DNA of 51,284 bases from Gemmatimonadota bacterium (GTDB lineage Bacteria; Gemmatimonadota; Gemmatimonadetes; Gemmatimonadales; Gemmatimonadaceae), in contig JAZJZK010000019.1 of assembly GCA_040389905.1 (NCBI GenBank), forward strand, positions 1-51,284, given 5' to 3'. Made by a program: the position numbers and the translations under genes. Of the stretch, positions 19,615-29,966 are shown in pieces. How positions within the stretch are numbered: position 1 is the first letter of the stretch; each line of letters starts with the position of its first letter. Below the pieces are notes generated by a model. It searched no databases and was not told where the DNA came from. It saw only the letters and a list, made by a program, of their open reading frames with translations.

Positions 19615-20085
19615 ATGAATCGCGCTGCGCTCACACTCGTTGCCGGGCTCGCACTTGCCTCGGCTGGATCTGCGTCAGCGGCAGCGCAATGCCCATCTCC
19701 TCCGGAGATCTTCGGCAAGGATGCCGTGCTCCTGAGCTGCCAGGTCACGAAACCGGTGGAGTGGAACTATCCATTGCGGTTGCCGAAGTATCCGTTCGGC
19801 GTGAAGGACCCCACCGCGGAGGGGAACGTCCTGCTCAGCTTCATCGTGGATACGGCGGGCCAGATCGAGCCCGCGACGATTCGCGTGCTCCGGACGACGA
19901 ACGACATGTATTCGATAGCGGCAAGGACCGCGATCGGCAACTGGAGGGGAAAGCCGGCCCGCATGGATGCAACACCCGTGAGGGTGTACGTCCAGCAGGA
20001 ATTCCTCTTTCGCATCCGTGCCGCCGCGTCGTGTGAATGGACGGGCGCGCGGGAGGCACCCGCCGGGCTATTGGCCTGTCGTTAA
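19615..20085 (+). CDS. Secreted TonB C-terminal domain protein
   Basis: Signal peptide MNRAALTLVAGLALASAGSASAAAQ; PKYP...EGNVLLSFIVDTAGQI...WRGKPA...PVRVYVQQEF TonB_C pattern. Start moved to ATG 19615. Confidence 0.8.
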   Translation: MNRAALTLVAGLALASAGSASAAAQCPSPPEIFGKDAVLLSCQVTKPVEWNYPLRLPKYPFGVKDPTAEGNVLLSFIVDTAGQIEPATIRVLRTTNDMYSIAARTAIGNWRGKPARMDATPVRVYVQQEFLFRIRAAASCEWTGAREAPAGLLACR

Positions 20086-21177
20086 CGCGAGCCTCGAAAG
20101 GATTCGCCGGGCAATGACCTCCGCGGCATCGGGTCTCGCTCGCGCGTTCGCAGCGGCCGAGAGCTGGGCCATCGCACCCGGGTCGCCGAGCAGCGTGCGA
20201 ACGGCGTCGTCGAGACGGTCGGCGCTGAGCTCGGACTGTGGCAGGTGAATGGCGGCGCCGGCGGCTTCGAGGGCACGTGCATTCGCGGACTGATGGTCTG
20301 CCGCCGCGGTAGGGAGCGGAACGAGGATCGCGGGAATCTGCCAGGCGAACAGCTCGGAGGTGGTCATCGCACCGGCGCGCACCAGTGCGAGATCCGTTGC
20401 AGCATACGCATCCGCAATCGGTGAGAGATACTCGCGCACCTTGACGCGCTCTCCGTCGAGTCCCGCAAACTCCGCGTAGGTCGCCTTACCGGTCATCCAG
20501 ATGAGGTGCACATCGTCCGGGAGACCGCGCTTCACCCACTCTGCGACGACGACGTTGATGGCGCGCGACCCCTGGCTGCCACCGTACACGAGGAGCACTT
20601 TGCCCGTCGTCGGCGGGAACCCCCACGCGACGCGCGCCGCTGCACGATCCGGACGCGGTGAGGGGGGCGGCTCGATCGGCGCTCCGGTGTCGATATAGCG
20701 CGACGGGTTCCCGCCGAGGACACGCGCGGCCTCTGGGAATGCGAGATAGTACTCGCGCGTCCACCGCTTGAACGCGCGCGCGGTGAGCCCTGGAAAGCTG
20801 TCGCCCGCCTGCTGAACGATGGGAATATGGTGCACGACGCCGTACGCCATGGCGAGTCCGGCTGCGTAGCCACCTGTGCCGACGATGAGGTGCGGACGCT
20901 CCCGTGCGACGAGTTGCTTCAACTCCCCCCAGGCGCTGATCGCACCACGGATCGTCTTCCAGTTCTCGAGCGGGTTGGAGCGGTAAAGTGGGTGCAGATC
21001 GAGCAACACATGGGGAAATTCCGTTCCGGGTAAGACCGTTCGCTCGATCCCGCGCTGCGCGCCGACAAAAACAGGCCGAATGTCGGGTTCCAGACGCACG
21101 AGCGTACGCGCGATGGCGAGGCCGGGATACAGATGCCCGCCCGTCCCTCCGCCGGCAAACAGGATCGTTCTACTCAT
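20068..21177 (-). CDS. murG: Lipid II GlcNAc transferase MurG
   Basis: GGGTGGH, GTGGY, GGSQG, RAGAMT, HQSANA. Confidence 0.97.
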   Translation of the reverse strand: MSRTILFAGGGTGGHLYPGLAIARTLVRLEPDIRPVFVGAQRGIERTVLPGTEFPHVLLDLHPLYRSNPLENWKTIRGAISAWGELKQLVARERPHLIVGTGGYAAGLAMAYGVVHHIPIVQQAGDSFPGLTARAFKRWTREYYLAFPEAARVLGGNPSRYIDTGAPIEPPPSPRPDRAAARVAWGFPPTTGKVLLVYGGSQGSRAINVVVAEWVKRGLPDDVHLIWMTGKATYAEFAGLDGERVKVREYLSPIADAYAATDLALVRAGAMTTSELFAWQIPAILVPLPTAAADHQSANARALEAAGAAIHLPQSELSADRLDDAVRTLLGDPGAMAQLSAAANARARPDAAEVIARRILSRLALTTGQ

Positions 21178-21346
21178 GGCACACAGGCGTAGCCTGAGTT
21201 GTCACCCCGAGCGAGCGGAGCAGCCTGCCCTCGAGGAGCGCAAGCGGCGAAGGGCGGGGTCTGCACCTGACCTCCAGGCTGAACGTGCAGATCCCTCGAC
21301 TTCGCTCGGGATGACGTCCATGCCGACGCACTCCAGAAGGGTTCAT
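21170..21346 (-). CDS. Possible 58-aa ORF bridging ftsW and murG, mostly encoded by a family A element
   Basis: ATG overlaps the ftsW stop (ATGA); no internal stop; TAG lies just inside the murG start (ATGAGTAG). Not in the ORF track. Confidence 0.3.
   Translation of the reverse strand: MNPSGVRRHGRHPERSRGICTFSLEVRCRPRPSPLALLEGRLLRSLGVTTQATPVCHE
21200..21316. repeat. Family A element, full 117-bp copy
   Basis: Same ends and length as 1180-1296; differences are concentrated in a central segment of about 25 nt. Confidence 0.92.
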
Positions 21347-22530
21347 GAGAGCGGATCCGTCGCCCCGCTGCCAATCACGCGCTCCTTTTGACTCCCGATG
21401 TTCACGAGCATTCCCGTCATCAGCATGGACAAGATGATGTTCGACCGCCCATACGAGACGAACGGCAGCGTCAGTCCCGTGGTTGGCAAGAGTCCGACCA
21501 CGACGCCGATGTGGAGATATGCCGTGAGTACCGTGACAAAGGTGAGCCCTACGGCAACGAGCTGGAGGAATGGGCTACGAGCCTTGCGCGCGATTCGGAA
21601 TCCCAACAGGCCGTACGCCGCGAAGGCCAGCGTGATCGCGGCGAGCCCAACGAACCCCCACTCCTCGCCAATATTGCTCGCGATGAAGTCGCTGTATGGA
21701 AACGGAAGAAATCCGTACTGCTGTCTGCCCTGTCCGAACCCGACACCGAAGGCGCCACCCGATCCGACGGCGATGAGCGATTGCTTGAGTTGATAGTTGA
21801 CCTGCGCGACTTGCGGACCGTTGTCGAAAAACCCGGTGAGACGCAACAGCGCATACTGCACCTTCTGGATCTTCGACCAGAGCAGTGGGATCGCGAGCGC
21901 GCAGATCACCACGAAGTGCGCGATCCGCACGCCGCCAGCGAAGAGCAGCACGGCCAGCAACAGCGTGTAGAGCATTGCCACGGACAGGTCCGGCTCGAGT
22001 GCCGCGAGCACATCGAGCAGCCCGATCACCACGAAAAACGGCATCACCCCTTTCGTGAGCCGCCGCAACTGGCTGCCCTTCTTCACAATGAGCATCGACG
22101 TCCAGACGATCACCGCAAGCTTGCCCAGCTCCGAGGGCTGGAGGGACCCACCGAACAGAAAGCGGCGCGAGCCATTGATCGTTGGCGCGATCGACTGCGG
22201 CAGCGTGAGACAGAGCAGCAGCGAGACGATCGTCGCCCACATCAGCGGCCAGGCGAGGCTGTACAGCTTCTGCGCATCCAGCTTGGCGGCGATGGCGAAG
22301 AGGACGGCGCCGGCGAGCACTCCCGACGCTTGTCGCGCCACGTAAAACCAGCTGTTACGATTCTCCTGGACAGCGATGATCGAGCTCGCGCTGTAGAGCA
22401 CGGCAAGACCGAAGACGAGCACGAGCACCATGATCAGCGTAATGCCGCGGGCCTCCGAACCCATTCGCCAGCGCTCGCGCACACGGGCGGCCGGAACCGC
22501 GCGTTCGCGAGGGAGTGCCGCGACCGTCAC
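21343..22530 (-). CDS. ftsW: SEDS peptidoglycan glycosyltransferase FtsW
   Basis: LQPSELGK, SDFIASNIGEEWG, PTTGLTLPFVSYGRS. Confidence 0.96.
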   Translation of the reverse strand: MTVAALPRERAVPAARVRERWRMGSEARGITLIMVLVLVFGLAVLYSASSIIAVQENRNSWFYVARQASGVLAGAVLFAIAAKLDAQKLYSLAWPLMWATIVSLLLCLTLPQSIAPTINGSRRFLFGGSLQPSELGKLAVIVWTSMLIVKKGSQLRRLTKGVMPFFVVIGLLDVLAALEPDLSVAMLYTLLLAVLLFAGGVRIAHFVVICALAIPLLWSKIQKVQYALLRLTGFFDNGPQVAQVNYQLKQSLIAVGSGGAFGVGFGQGRQQYGFLPFPYSDFIASNIGEEWGFVGLAAITLAFAAYGLLGFRIARKARSPFLQLVAVGLTFVTVLTAYLHIGVVVGLLPTTGLTLPFVSYGRSNIILSMLMTGMLVNIGSQKERVIGSGATDPLS

Positions 22531-23936
22531 GCCCGCGCTGCTCCGAGCTCCGCGGCGAGTTGCTTGAACACGCGACCACGCTCCTCATAGTTGTCGAACA
22601 TGTCATAGCTCGAGCAGGCCGGCGAGAGGAGCACCGCGTCACCGGGCTCGCCGATCTCTCGCGCGCGCGCGAGCACTTCCTCGAACGACGACCCGAGCAC
22701 TTCGACGCGTGCGCTGCGCGACAGGTCCGCCGCAATGACCGACGCGGCCTCGCCATACGCGAGCACCACCTTGACCGTGCGCCGGATCTCGTCGAGCAAC
22801 GCGCCGTAAGGCTCCCCTTTGTGGCGGCCGCCGAGCAGGAGAACCGTGGGCCCGCGCATTCCCTTGAGCGCGACGAGTGTCGACGCGACGTTCGTCGACT
22901 TGGAATCGTTGATCCAGGTCACATCGCCGTAGCGACCGGCGGGCTCGATACGATGCTCCAGCGCCCGAAACGCCCGCAACGCGTCCGCGATCTGCGAGCG
23001 CGACGCCTGCGTGGCATGCAGCTCGTCGGCGCCGATGACCGCCAACGACGCGGCCAATGCATTGGCAACATTGTGATCGCCTAATAACGACAACTCGCCG
23101 CGGGCGAGCAACGGCGCCCCGAGGACGACGAGCGAATCGGTGGCTCGGTCGTAGTAGCCGTCCGCCGCCCCGTTGCGGATGGTAAATCGCAACTGGCGAC
23201 CGGTGACCCCGCGGACCATCGCCTGGACGACATCGTCGTCCGCATTGCTGACCCACACCGAGCGGTCGCTCGCGTTCCTGAAGAGGTTCGCCTTGTCCGC
23301 ATAGTACGCGTCGACGCTCTCGTACCGATCGAGGTGATTCGCCGACAGATTGGTCAGGATCCCCACCGCGGGATTGATGCTCGGCGAGTCGTGCAACTGG
23401 AACGACGACGCTTCGAGCGCGATCCAGTCCGGCTGTTTGGCGCGAAGCGCAATCTCGGAGAGTGGCGTGCCAATGTTGCCTGCGGCCACGGAGTCGTAGC
23501 CAAGTCCCTGAAGGAGCTTGTGCACGAGCGCCGTCGTCGTCGTCTTCCCGTTCGTTCCCGTGACCGCGATGTAGCGCTGTCCCGGTAGGAACTGCAGGGC
23601 GACTTCGAGCTCTCCAACGATTGGAACCCCTGCCTCGCGGGCCGCGCGGAGGGGCGGCGCGTTCGGCGGAACGCCGGGGCTCGCCACGACCAGAACGCTC
23701 TTCGCAATGCGCGCGAGATCGTGTCCTCCGTGCTCCACCATCACACCAAAGGGCGCAAGGGAAATCGTTGCGCGCAGCACGGCGTGGCCCGCACCAGCAT
23801 CGCTCGCATAGACCTTGGCGCCGGCACGGCTCAATAACTCCGCGACCGCACGCCCACTGCGTGCGAGGCCAATGACACTGATCTCGCCCCGCGTCCAGGC
23901 CGCGGGCAGCGCTTCCGTGAGCGAGCGAACCGGCAT
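22527..23936 (-). CDS. murD: UDP-MurNAc-L-Ala--D-glutamate ligase
   Basis: GTNGKTT, EASSFQL, NHLDRY, NDSKSTN, LSPACSSYD. Confidence 0.97.
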   Translation of the reverse strand: MPVRSLTEALPAAWTRGEISVIGLARSGRAVAELLSRAGAKVYASDAGAGHAVLRATISLAPFGVMVEHGGHDLARIAKSVLVVASPGVPPNAPPLRAAREAGVPIVGELEVALQFLPGQRYIAVTGTNGKTTTTALVHKLLQGLGYDSVAAGNIGTPLSEIALRAKQPDWIALEASSFQLHDSPSINPAVGILTNLSANHLDRYESVDAYYADKANLFRNASDRSVWVSNADDDVVQAMVRGVTGRQLRFTIRNGAADGYYDRATDSLVVLGAPLLARGELSLLGDHNVANALAASLAVIGADELHATQASRSQIADALRAFRALEHRIEPAGRYGDVTWINDSKSTNVASTLVALKGMRGPTVLLLGGRHKGEPYGALLDEIRRTVKVVLAYGEAASVIAADLSRSARVEVLGSSFEEVLARAREIGEPGDAVLLSPACSSYDMFDNYEERGRVFKQLAAELGAARA

Positions 23937-23937
23937 G

Positions 23938-25071
23938 TTACCTCACCTTCAGCGTGGTCAGGGCGATGAACGCGCCCATGATGGCGATGATCCAGAAGCG
24001 TACCACGACCTGTTGTTCGCTCCAGCCCTTCACCTCGAAATGGTGATGGAGTGGCGCACGCAGGAACAGTCGATTCTGCTGCGCGTATTCCTTTCCGTAC
24101 CGTTTCCTGCGGTACTTGAACACGAATCGCTGGAGGACCACGGAAATGATCTCAGCGAATGGAACGCAGGCAACGAAGACGAGCAGGAACTCTGACTTGA
24201 GCAGAATCGCCACCGCACCGATCGCGCCTCCCAGCGCGAGTGATCCAGTGTCGCCCATGAAGACCTGCGCCGGATAGGTGTTGTACCAGAGAAAACCGAT
24301 CAATGCACCCGCCATCGCGAGGCAATAGATCGTGAGCTCGCCCGAGTTGCGGAGATAGAAGATACCGAGATAGGTGCTGGCATCCGTTCGCCCGATCAGG
24401 TAGGCGAAGATCGCCAGCGTCGCGAAGGAAATGGCGCTCGTACCTGCGGCGAGTCCATCGAGTCCATCGGTAAAGTTCACCGCCGTGCTCACGCCAGTGA
24501 GGACGAACGTCGTGAAGAAGACGTACAATACGGGATAGGTGAAGACCAGCAGTTTGTACTTGTAAAACGGCAGGGTGATGGAATCACCAGGCAAATTCGA
24601 CAGCGGATGCATCACCAGGTAGGTGCCGAGTGCGATCCCGATACCGATGTGCCCCAGCAATTTGTTGCGCTCGACCAGGCCCTCGTTCTTCAAGCCGAGG
24701 CGCTTCTGCTTGAGCTTGAGCATGTCGTCGATGAGGCCGATGCCGCCCATCCACGCCGTCGTGAACAGGGCGAGCCATACGTAGTGACTGAACACGCGCG
24801 CCCAGAGCAGCGTCGAAACGATGCCCGAGAACAGGAAGATCAAGCCGCCCATCGTGGGCGTCTTGGCCTTGAGCGCATGCGAGTCAGGCGTACCTTCCCG
24901 GACGACCTGATAGTTGGCCGCAACGTTCAGACGCCGAAGAATTGCCGGCCCGACGAGGAAGCTGAGCACAATGGCCGTCACCGCCGCGCCAGCCGCGCGG
25001 AAGGTGATGTACGTGAAGACGTTGAGCGCGTGGTAGCGCGTGACGTAATGCTGCGCGAGGTAGAAGAGCAA
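23938..25071 (-). CDS. mraY: Phospho-MurNAc-pentapeptide transferase
   Basis: KTPTMGG, NFTDGLDGL, VFMGDTGS, APLHHHFE. Confidence 0.97.
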   Translation of the reverse strand: MLFYLAQHYVTRYHALNVFTYITFRAAGAAVTAIVLSFLVGPAILRRLNVAANYQVVREGTPDSHALKAKTPTMGGLIFLFSGIVSTLLWARVFSHYVWLALFTTAWMGGIGLIDDMLKLKQKRLGLKNEGLVERNKLLGHIGIGIALGTYLVMHPLSNLPGDSITLPFYKYKLLVFTYPVLYVFFTTFVLTGVSTAVNFTDGLDGLAAGTSAISFATLAIFAYLIGRTDASTYLGIFYLRNSGELTIYCLAMAGALIGFLWYNTYPAQVFMGDTGSLALGGAIGAVAILLKSEFLLVFVACVPFAEIISVVLQRFVFKYRRKRYGKEYAQQNRLFLRAPLHHHFEVKGWSEQQVVVRFWIIAIMGAFIALTTLKVR

Positions 25072-25078
25072 TTGCGGG

Positions 25079-26476
25079 TCAGAGAGATGTGGGTGGTGCT
25101 GCCCAGGCGTCGATCAACGGCACGACTCGCTCGAGCCGAACACCGCGCGATCCCTTCAGCAGAATAACGGCATCCTTCGACAGGCGCGAACGAATGGCCG
25201 CAAACGCCGCGTCGGCATCGGACGCGCCGATCACTCGGGGATCACCCGCGGCAACGCGCTCGAACGCGGCAGAGAACGCTCCGACTCCGACGAGCAACTC
25301 GAGCGGCGTCGCAATCGCGGCTCGCGCAACCTCATCATGCAGCCGGTCCTCGTGCGGACCGAGCTCGAGCATCGTGCCAAGGATTGCCACGCGCTGCCGT
25401 CCTTTGCCGGCATGCTCGAGAAGCTCCAGTGCGACATGCGCCGATCCCGGATTGGAGTTATAGGCGTCGTTGATCACGGTCGCCGCCCCATGCGTCTCGA
25501 AGTTCACGCGCATCGGCGGCGCGGGCATGTCGGCGATCCCGCGCGCCACGGCATCGAGCGACACTCCGCACTCCAGCGCGACGGTAATCGCCAACATCGC
25601 ATTCCGAAGATTGTGGACGCCCCGCAACGGCACGCGCACCCTCGACCCATCGAAGTCGAGCCAACCTTGCCCGTCATCACCGATGCCCCAACTCGTCGGC
25701 CGCAGGTCACCCGCGTCCAGGCCGGCGACCACCGTGCGCCGCGCGAGTGGGCGAGTGGCATCGCCAATCTCTGGTTGCGAAGACGGTACAACGGCGAGCG
25801 GCGCGTCCAGGCACGCGGATACCTCCTCCCGCAGCACGCCCGCCAAGTCACCGAGTCCCTCCAGATGCTCCTCGGCGATCGAGGTCACGACGACCACGTC
25901 CGGCTCCACGATCAGGCGAAGCGCCTCGACCTCGCCAGGATAGTTGGTTCCCATCTCGATGACCGCGATATCCGCGTCGTCGCGCAGTGCGAACAGCGTC
26001 AGCGGCACACCGATGAGATTATTGTAGTTGCCGATTGTCGCATGCACGCTGAGCGCCCCACCGAGCGCTGCGCGCAGCAGCTCCTTCGTGCTCGTCTTGC
26101 CATTGGTCCCGACGACACCAACGACGGGTCGCCCCCAGGCTCGCCGCCGGTAGCGAGCGAGCGCTCCCAGGGCCGCGAGGGTATCGCCCACCGCGTACAC
26201 CGGCACACCGACGTTGGCCGCGCGGCGCGCGTCATCGACGATGAGTGCCCGGGCGCCCTTCGCGACGGCATCCGCGAGGAAATCGTGTCCGTCGAACGTC
26301 TCGCCACGAAGCGCGACGAAACAACTCTCGGGACCGAGATGTCGCGTATCGGTCGAAATCCGTGAAATGGATTGCGAGCCACGCGGCCCGTCGCCCAAGG
26401 CGTCAGCGATCCGGTCCATCGTCCAGAAGACCGGTTGCTCCATTGCACTCGCCTGCGGTGTTTCCCGTCCGGCCAT
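25079..26476 (-). CDS. murF: UDP-MurNAc-tripeptide--D-Ala-D-Ala ligase
   Basis: GTNGKTSTK, NYNNLIG, NDAYNSNP, MLELG, LKGSRG. Confidence 0.96.
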   Translation of the reverse strand: MAGRETPQASAMEQPVFWTMDRIADALGDGPRGSQSISRISTDTRHLGPESCFVALRGETFDGHDFLADAVAKGARALIVDDARRAANVGVPVYAVGDTLAALGALARYRRRAWGRPVVGVVGTNGKTSTKELLRAALGGALSVHATIGNYNNLIGVPLTLFALRDDADIAVIEMGTNYPGEVEALRLIVEPDVVVVTSIAEEHLEGLGDLAGVLREEVSACLDAPLAVVPSSQPEIGDATRPLARRTVVAGLDAGDLRPTSWGIGDDGQGWLDFDGSRVRVPLRGVHNLRNAMLAITVALECGVSLDAVARGIADMPAPPMRVNFETHGAATVINDAYNSNPGSAHVALELLEHAGKGRQRVAILGTMLELGPHEDRLHDEVARAAIATPLELLVGVGAFSAAFERVAAGDPRVIGASDADAAFAAIRSRLSKDAVILLKGSRGVRLERVVPLIDAWAAPPTSL

Positions 26477-27948
26477 CAGGCCCTGCCCGCGGAGATGATG
26501 TCGCGCACGATGTCTCGCTCGTCGAATGGATACTTCACGGTGCCGCGAATCTGATAGGTCTCGTGTCCCTTGCCGGCGAGCAGCACGACATCCCCGGCCC
26601 CGGCGGACAATTGAATCGCGCGCGCAATTGCCGCGTGGCGATCCTCGATGCGCTCGTGGCGTCCCGCCGTCATCCCGGCTTCAATATCGTCGAGGATGCG
26701 TTCCGGATCTTCGGTACGCGGATTGTCACTTGTCACGATCACGCGGTCTGCCCTCGCTTCGGCAATCCGTCCCATCTCTGGCCGCTTGCCTCGATCGCGG
26801 TCACCGCCGCAGCCGACGACCACGGTGAGCGTTCCGACCGTGAACGGCCTCACGGCGTCGAGTGCACGCTCCAGCGCGTCGGGCGTATGGGCGTAGTCCC
26901 GAAGCACCGTCGGCGAATCGGCGATGATCTCGAGCCGTCCGGGCACTTGCGGCAGTGTCGACAAACGTCGGGCAATCTCCTCGATCGAGCGTCCCATCGC
27001 GTAGGCCGCAGCCGCGGCACCAAGCGCGTTGGCCACGTTGAAGTCCCCGATCAATGGCAGCGTGACGGAGTGCCGTTCTCCCGCGGCGCTCAGCGTCCAG
27101 TTGCTGCCGCGCGACGAAAACCGGAGGTCGACCGCACGCACGTCCGCGCCGTGCACCATCCCGAAGGAAATGGAGCGCGGGGCCGGCGGAAGCGCGTTCC
27201 ACGCCGGGTCATCGGCGTTCGTGACCGCGGCACCATTCGAATCGAGCAGCGAAACAAGCAGCGCCTTCGCGGCCAGGTACGCGTCCATCGTGACGTGATA
27301 GTCCAGGTGATCACGCGTGAGGTTCGTGAAGACACCCGCTTCGAACACGAGCCCATCGAGCCGGCGTTGATGCAGCGCGTGCGAGGACGTCTCCATCGCG
27401 ACCGCATGCACGCCGGCATCGACCAGCGCACGCAGGACGCGTTGTAACTCCACCGGCCCCGGTGTGGTCAGCCCGCTCCCGCCGTCGAGCGGCGTACCCT
27501 CCGACCCAATGAGCACTCCTAGGGTTCCAATGGACGCACAAGGTCGGTCGGGCTCGTCCAGCAAGTGCCGCAGCATCCCGACGGTCGTGGTTTTTCCGTT
27601 GGTGCCGGTGACCGCGGCCAGGCGAAGCGCGCGCGCCGGCTCGCCGTAGAATGCAGCCGCCGCCAACGCGGCTGCACGACGAGTGTCACTCACAACCAGC
27701 GCGGGCAGCGTAGTTCGCGACGCGTCGTCCACCACGGCCGCCACGGCGCCACTCTCGAGTGCTCGCGGCAGGTAGACGTGACCGTCACGCTCGCTGCCGC
27801 GGACGGCGAGAAAGAGCGATCCCGCGTGCACGGCGCGGCTATCGTCGGTAATCGAGGCGACGGTCTCTGGGAGCACACCCTTCCGCCCAACGAGCAGTCC
27901 GGCGCGCTCCAACGCAGCAGCGATGGATTCGAGGGCGACGACGGTCAT
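26476..27948 (-). CDS. murE: UDP-MurNAc-dipeptide--meso-DAP ligase
   Basis: GTNGKTT, DHLDYH, DYAHTPD, DNPR (DAP-type motif), AGKGHE. Confidence 0.97.
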   Translation of the reverse strand: MTVVALESIAAALERAGLLVGRKGVLPETVASITDDSRAVHAGSLFLAVRGSERDGHVYLPRALESGAVAAVVDDASRTTLPALVVSDTRRAAALAAAAFYGEPARALRLAAVTGTNGKTTTVGMLRHLLDEPDRPCASIGTLGVLIGSEGTPLDGGSGLTTPGPVELQRVLRALVDAGVHAVAMETSSHALHQRRLDGLVFEAGVFTNLTRDHLDYHVTMDAYLAAKALLVSLLDSNGAAVTNADDPAWNALPPAPRSISFGMVHGADVRAVDLRFSSRGSNWTLSAAGERHSVTLPLIGDFNVANALGAAAAAYAMGRSIEEIARRLSTLPQVPGRLEIIADSPTVLRDYAHTPDALERALDAVRPFTVGTLTVVVGCGGDRDRGKRPEMGRIAEARADRVIVTSDNPRTEDPERILDDIEAGMTAGRHERIEDRHAAIARAIQLSAGAGDVVLLAGKGHETYQIRGTVKYPFDERDIVRDIISAGRA

Positions 27949-29966
27949 GGAACTCCGGAAAGGCGCACGACGGAACCGGCGGCAGCGATCGTTCCCGACG
28001 CAGGCTGCGTATCGCCCGCGGGTCCAGCCGATACCTGCACGCGGAAACCCGCCGCGTGCAGCGCATGCACGCTTTCCCTGAGAGAAAGACCGCGCACGTC
28101 CGGCACCGCTCGCGGTGGCAATGGCGGTGGCGCCACACTCGGACGAATGGGCAGCGTCGCTACAACGGGCGTGGACGCCGCACTATCGTCCGCTGCAGCG
28201 GCCGCGGCGATTCGCCGTGCCTCGCGTTGGGCGGTGGTCGTGGTTTCCGCCGAAGCCGCCGCAGCAACGGAGAGCGCGAGCGGCGGCGCAACCGAATCCC
28301 GCAGTGGCTCCCGGCGGCTTGCGGCGAGCGAACGACGGTCGAGCGACGCGCTCCGCGCCGCGACGGCCGCCTCGAGCACCGCCTTCGTCACGGGCGCCGC
28401 TGTGAGCCCGCCCATGTATGCGCCTTTCGGATTGTCGATCTTCACCAGGATGACGAACTGTGGGTTGTCCGCGGGAAAGAGACCGACGAAGGTCGGGATA
28501 TGGCCCTGATCGTACCGGCCATTGACCGTGCGGCGCGCGGTACCGGTCTTTCCCGCCAGCGCGAAGGTACCGAGATCGGCCCGTTTGGCCGTCCCACCAC
28601 CTTCCACGACGCCGAGCAGCATCTCACGCACGCGGCGAGCCACGACCGGCGTGAGCACGCGTCTCACGACGCGCCGCTCGTGTCGATACAGGACTCGACC
28701 GTCCGGTGACCGAACTTCCTTCACGAGCGCCGGTTCGAGCAGTTCACCATCGTTTGCCAACGCGACGTACGCCGCCGCGAGTTGCAGCGGAGTCACCGCC
28801 ACCTCATAGCCCATGGCAAGCGACCCGGCGGATTGTTTGGACCACCGCGCCGGCTCGCGCAGTGTCCCCGCTGCCTCCACCGGATACGGAACTCCGGTCG
28901 GCGTCCCGAACCCGAAATCACGCAGCGCTTCGAACTCCTCGCGCGGCGACAACCGCTCGGCGAATTGTACGATTCCGACATTGCTCGAGTAGCGCAGAAC
29001 GTCCGCAAGGCTGAACTGATCGCCGATATGCTCGTCGGTGATCAGACGGCCATTGTTCATCATCTTCCCGCCGAACGTCGGCACGATGTCCGTTTCCCGC
29101 GCCTTGCCCTGTTGAAGAAGCGTCGCGGCGATGAACGGCTTGAGCGTCGACCCCGGCTCGTACGGCTCCGTGAGTGCGGTGCTCGCGGTGCTGCGCGGGT
29201 CCAAACGCTGGCTTGCCATCGCAAGCACTTCCCCGTTCGCGGGGTCGACGACGACGACGTCTCCTCCCTCCGCTTCCATGCGCTCCACGGCGTCAGCGAG
29301 CGCACGCTCTGCGATCTCCTGCAACTCCTGGTTGATCGTCAGGACGACGCTGTTCCCAGGCGTTGGCGGCGTCGCCGGAACCGAAGGAGACTCGAAGCGG
29401 CGTCCGTGCGCGTCTTTCATCACCGTCGCGCGACCCGGGATGCCTTCGAGCAGCGAGTCCAGCGCGAGTTCGAGCCCGTCGACGGCGTTGCCGTCCTGAT
29501 CGACGCGGCCCACGATGCGTCGCGTGCCCGCGGAGAACGCGTAGGACCGTTCGATGATGGGCGTCGAATAGACGCCACGCATCGCCGTGATGGCCGCAAC
29601 ATCGATGGCGAGGTATCGGCCAGGCAGCGATACCCATCGGCGCGAGGTGTCCGTGGCGCGCAGGACCCATTCCTTCGGGACGCGAGCGCGCGTCAGTGCG
29701 ACCGCCAGTTTTCGCGGGTCGCGCAACTCCTTCGGCGCAACGTCGAGCTTTACCGTCTCTCGGCTCTGCGCGAGCATCTCACCGCGTGAGTCGAGAATCT
29801 CGCCGCGCGCCGCCGGAATTTCGCTCGCCGTGCTCTGTTGATGCACGGCGCTTGCCGTCAGCCGGCGCCCTTCGACGAACTGGATCTCTCCCGCCTTCAC
29901 CAGAATGGCGACGACGAACAGCGCGAGACCGAGATGGATGGCACCGACTCGGCTAGGGAGTTTCAT
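27945..29966 (-). CDS. ftsI: Class B penicillin-binding protein FtsI with C-terminal PASTA domain
   Basis: STLK (SxxK), SSN (SxN), KTG; VPDVRGLSLRE PASTA. Start moved to ATG 29966. Confidence 0.93.
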   Translation of the reverse strand: MKLPSRVGAIHLGLALFVVAILVKAGEIQFVEGRRLTASAVHQQSTASEIPAARGEILDSRGEMLAQSRETVKLDVAPKELRDPRKLAVALTRARVPKEWVLRATDTSRRWVSLPGRYLAIDVAAITAMRGVYSTPIIERSYAFSAGTRRIVGRVDQDGNAVDGLELALDSLLEGIPGRATVMKDAHGRRFESPSVPATPPTPGNSVVLTINQELQEIAERALADAVERMEAEGGDVVVVDPANGEVLAMASQRLDPRSTASTALTEPYEPGSTLKPFIAATLLQQGKARETDIVPTFGGKMMNNGRLITDEHIGDQFSLADVLRYSSNVGIVQFAERLSPREEFEALRDFGFGTPTGVPYPVEAAGTLREPARWSKQSAGSLAMGYEVAVTPLQLAAAYVALANDGELLEPALVKEVRSPDGRVLYRHERRVVRRVLTPVVARRVREMLLGVVEGGGTAKRADLGTFALAGKTGTARRTVNGRYDQGHIPTFVGLFPADNPQFVILVKIDNPKGAYMGGLTAAPVTKAVLEAAVAARSASLDRRSLAASRREPLRDSVAPPLALSVAAAASAETTTTAQREARRIAAAAAADDSAASTPVVATLPIRPSVAPPPLPPRAVPDVRGLSLRESVHALHAAGFRVQVSAGPAGDTQPASGTIAAAGSVVRLSGVP

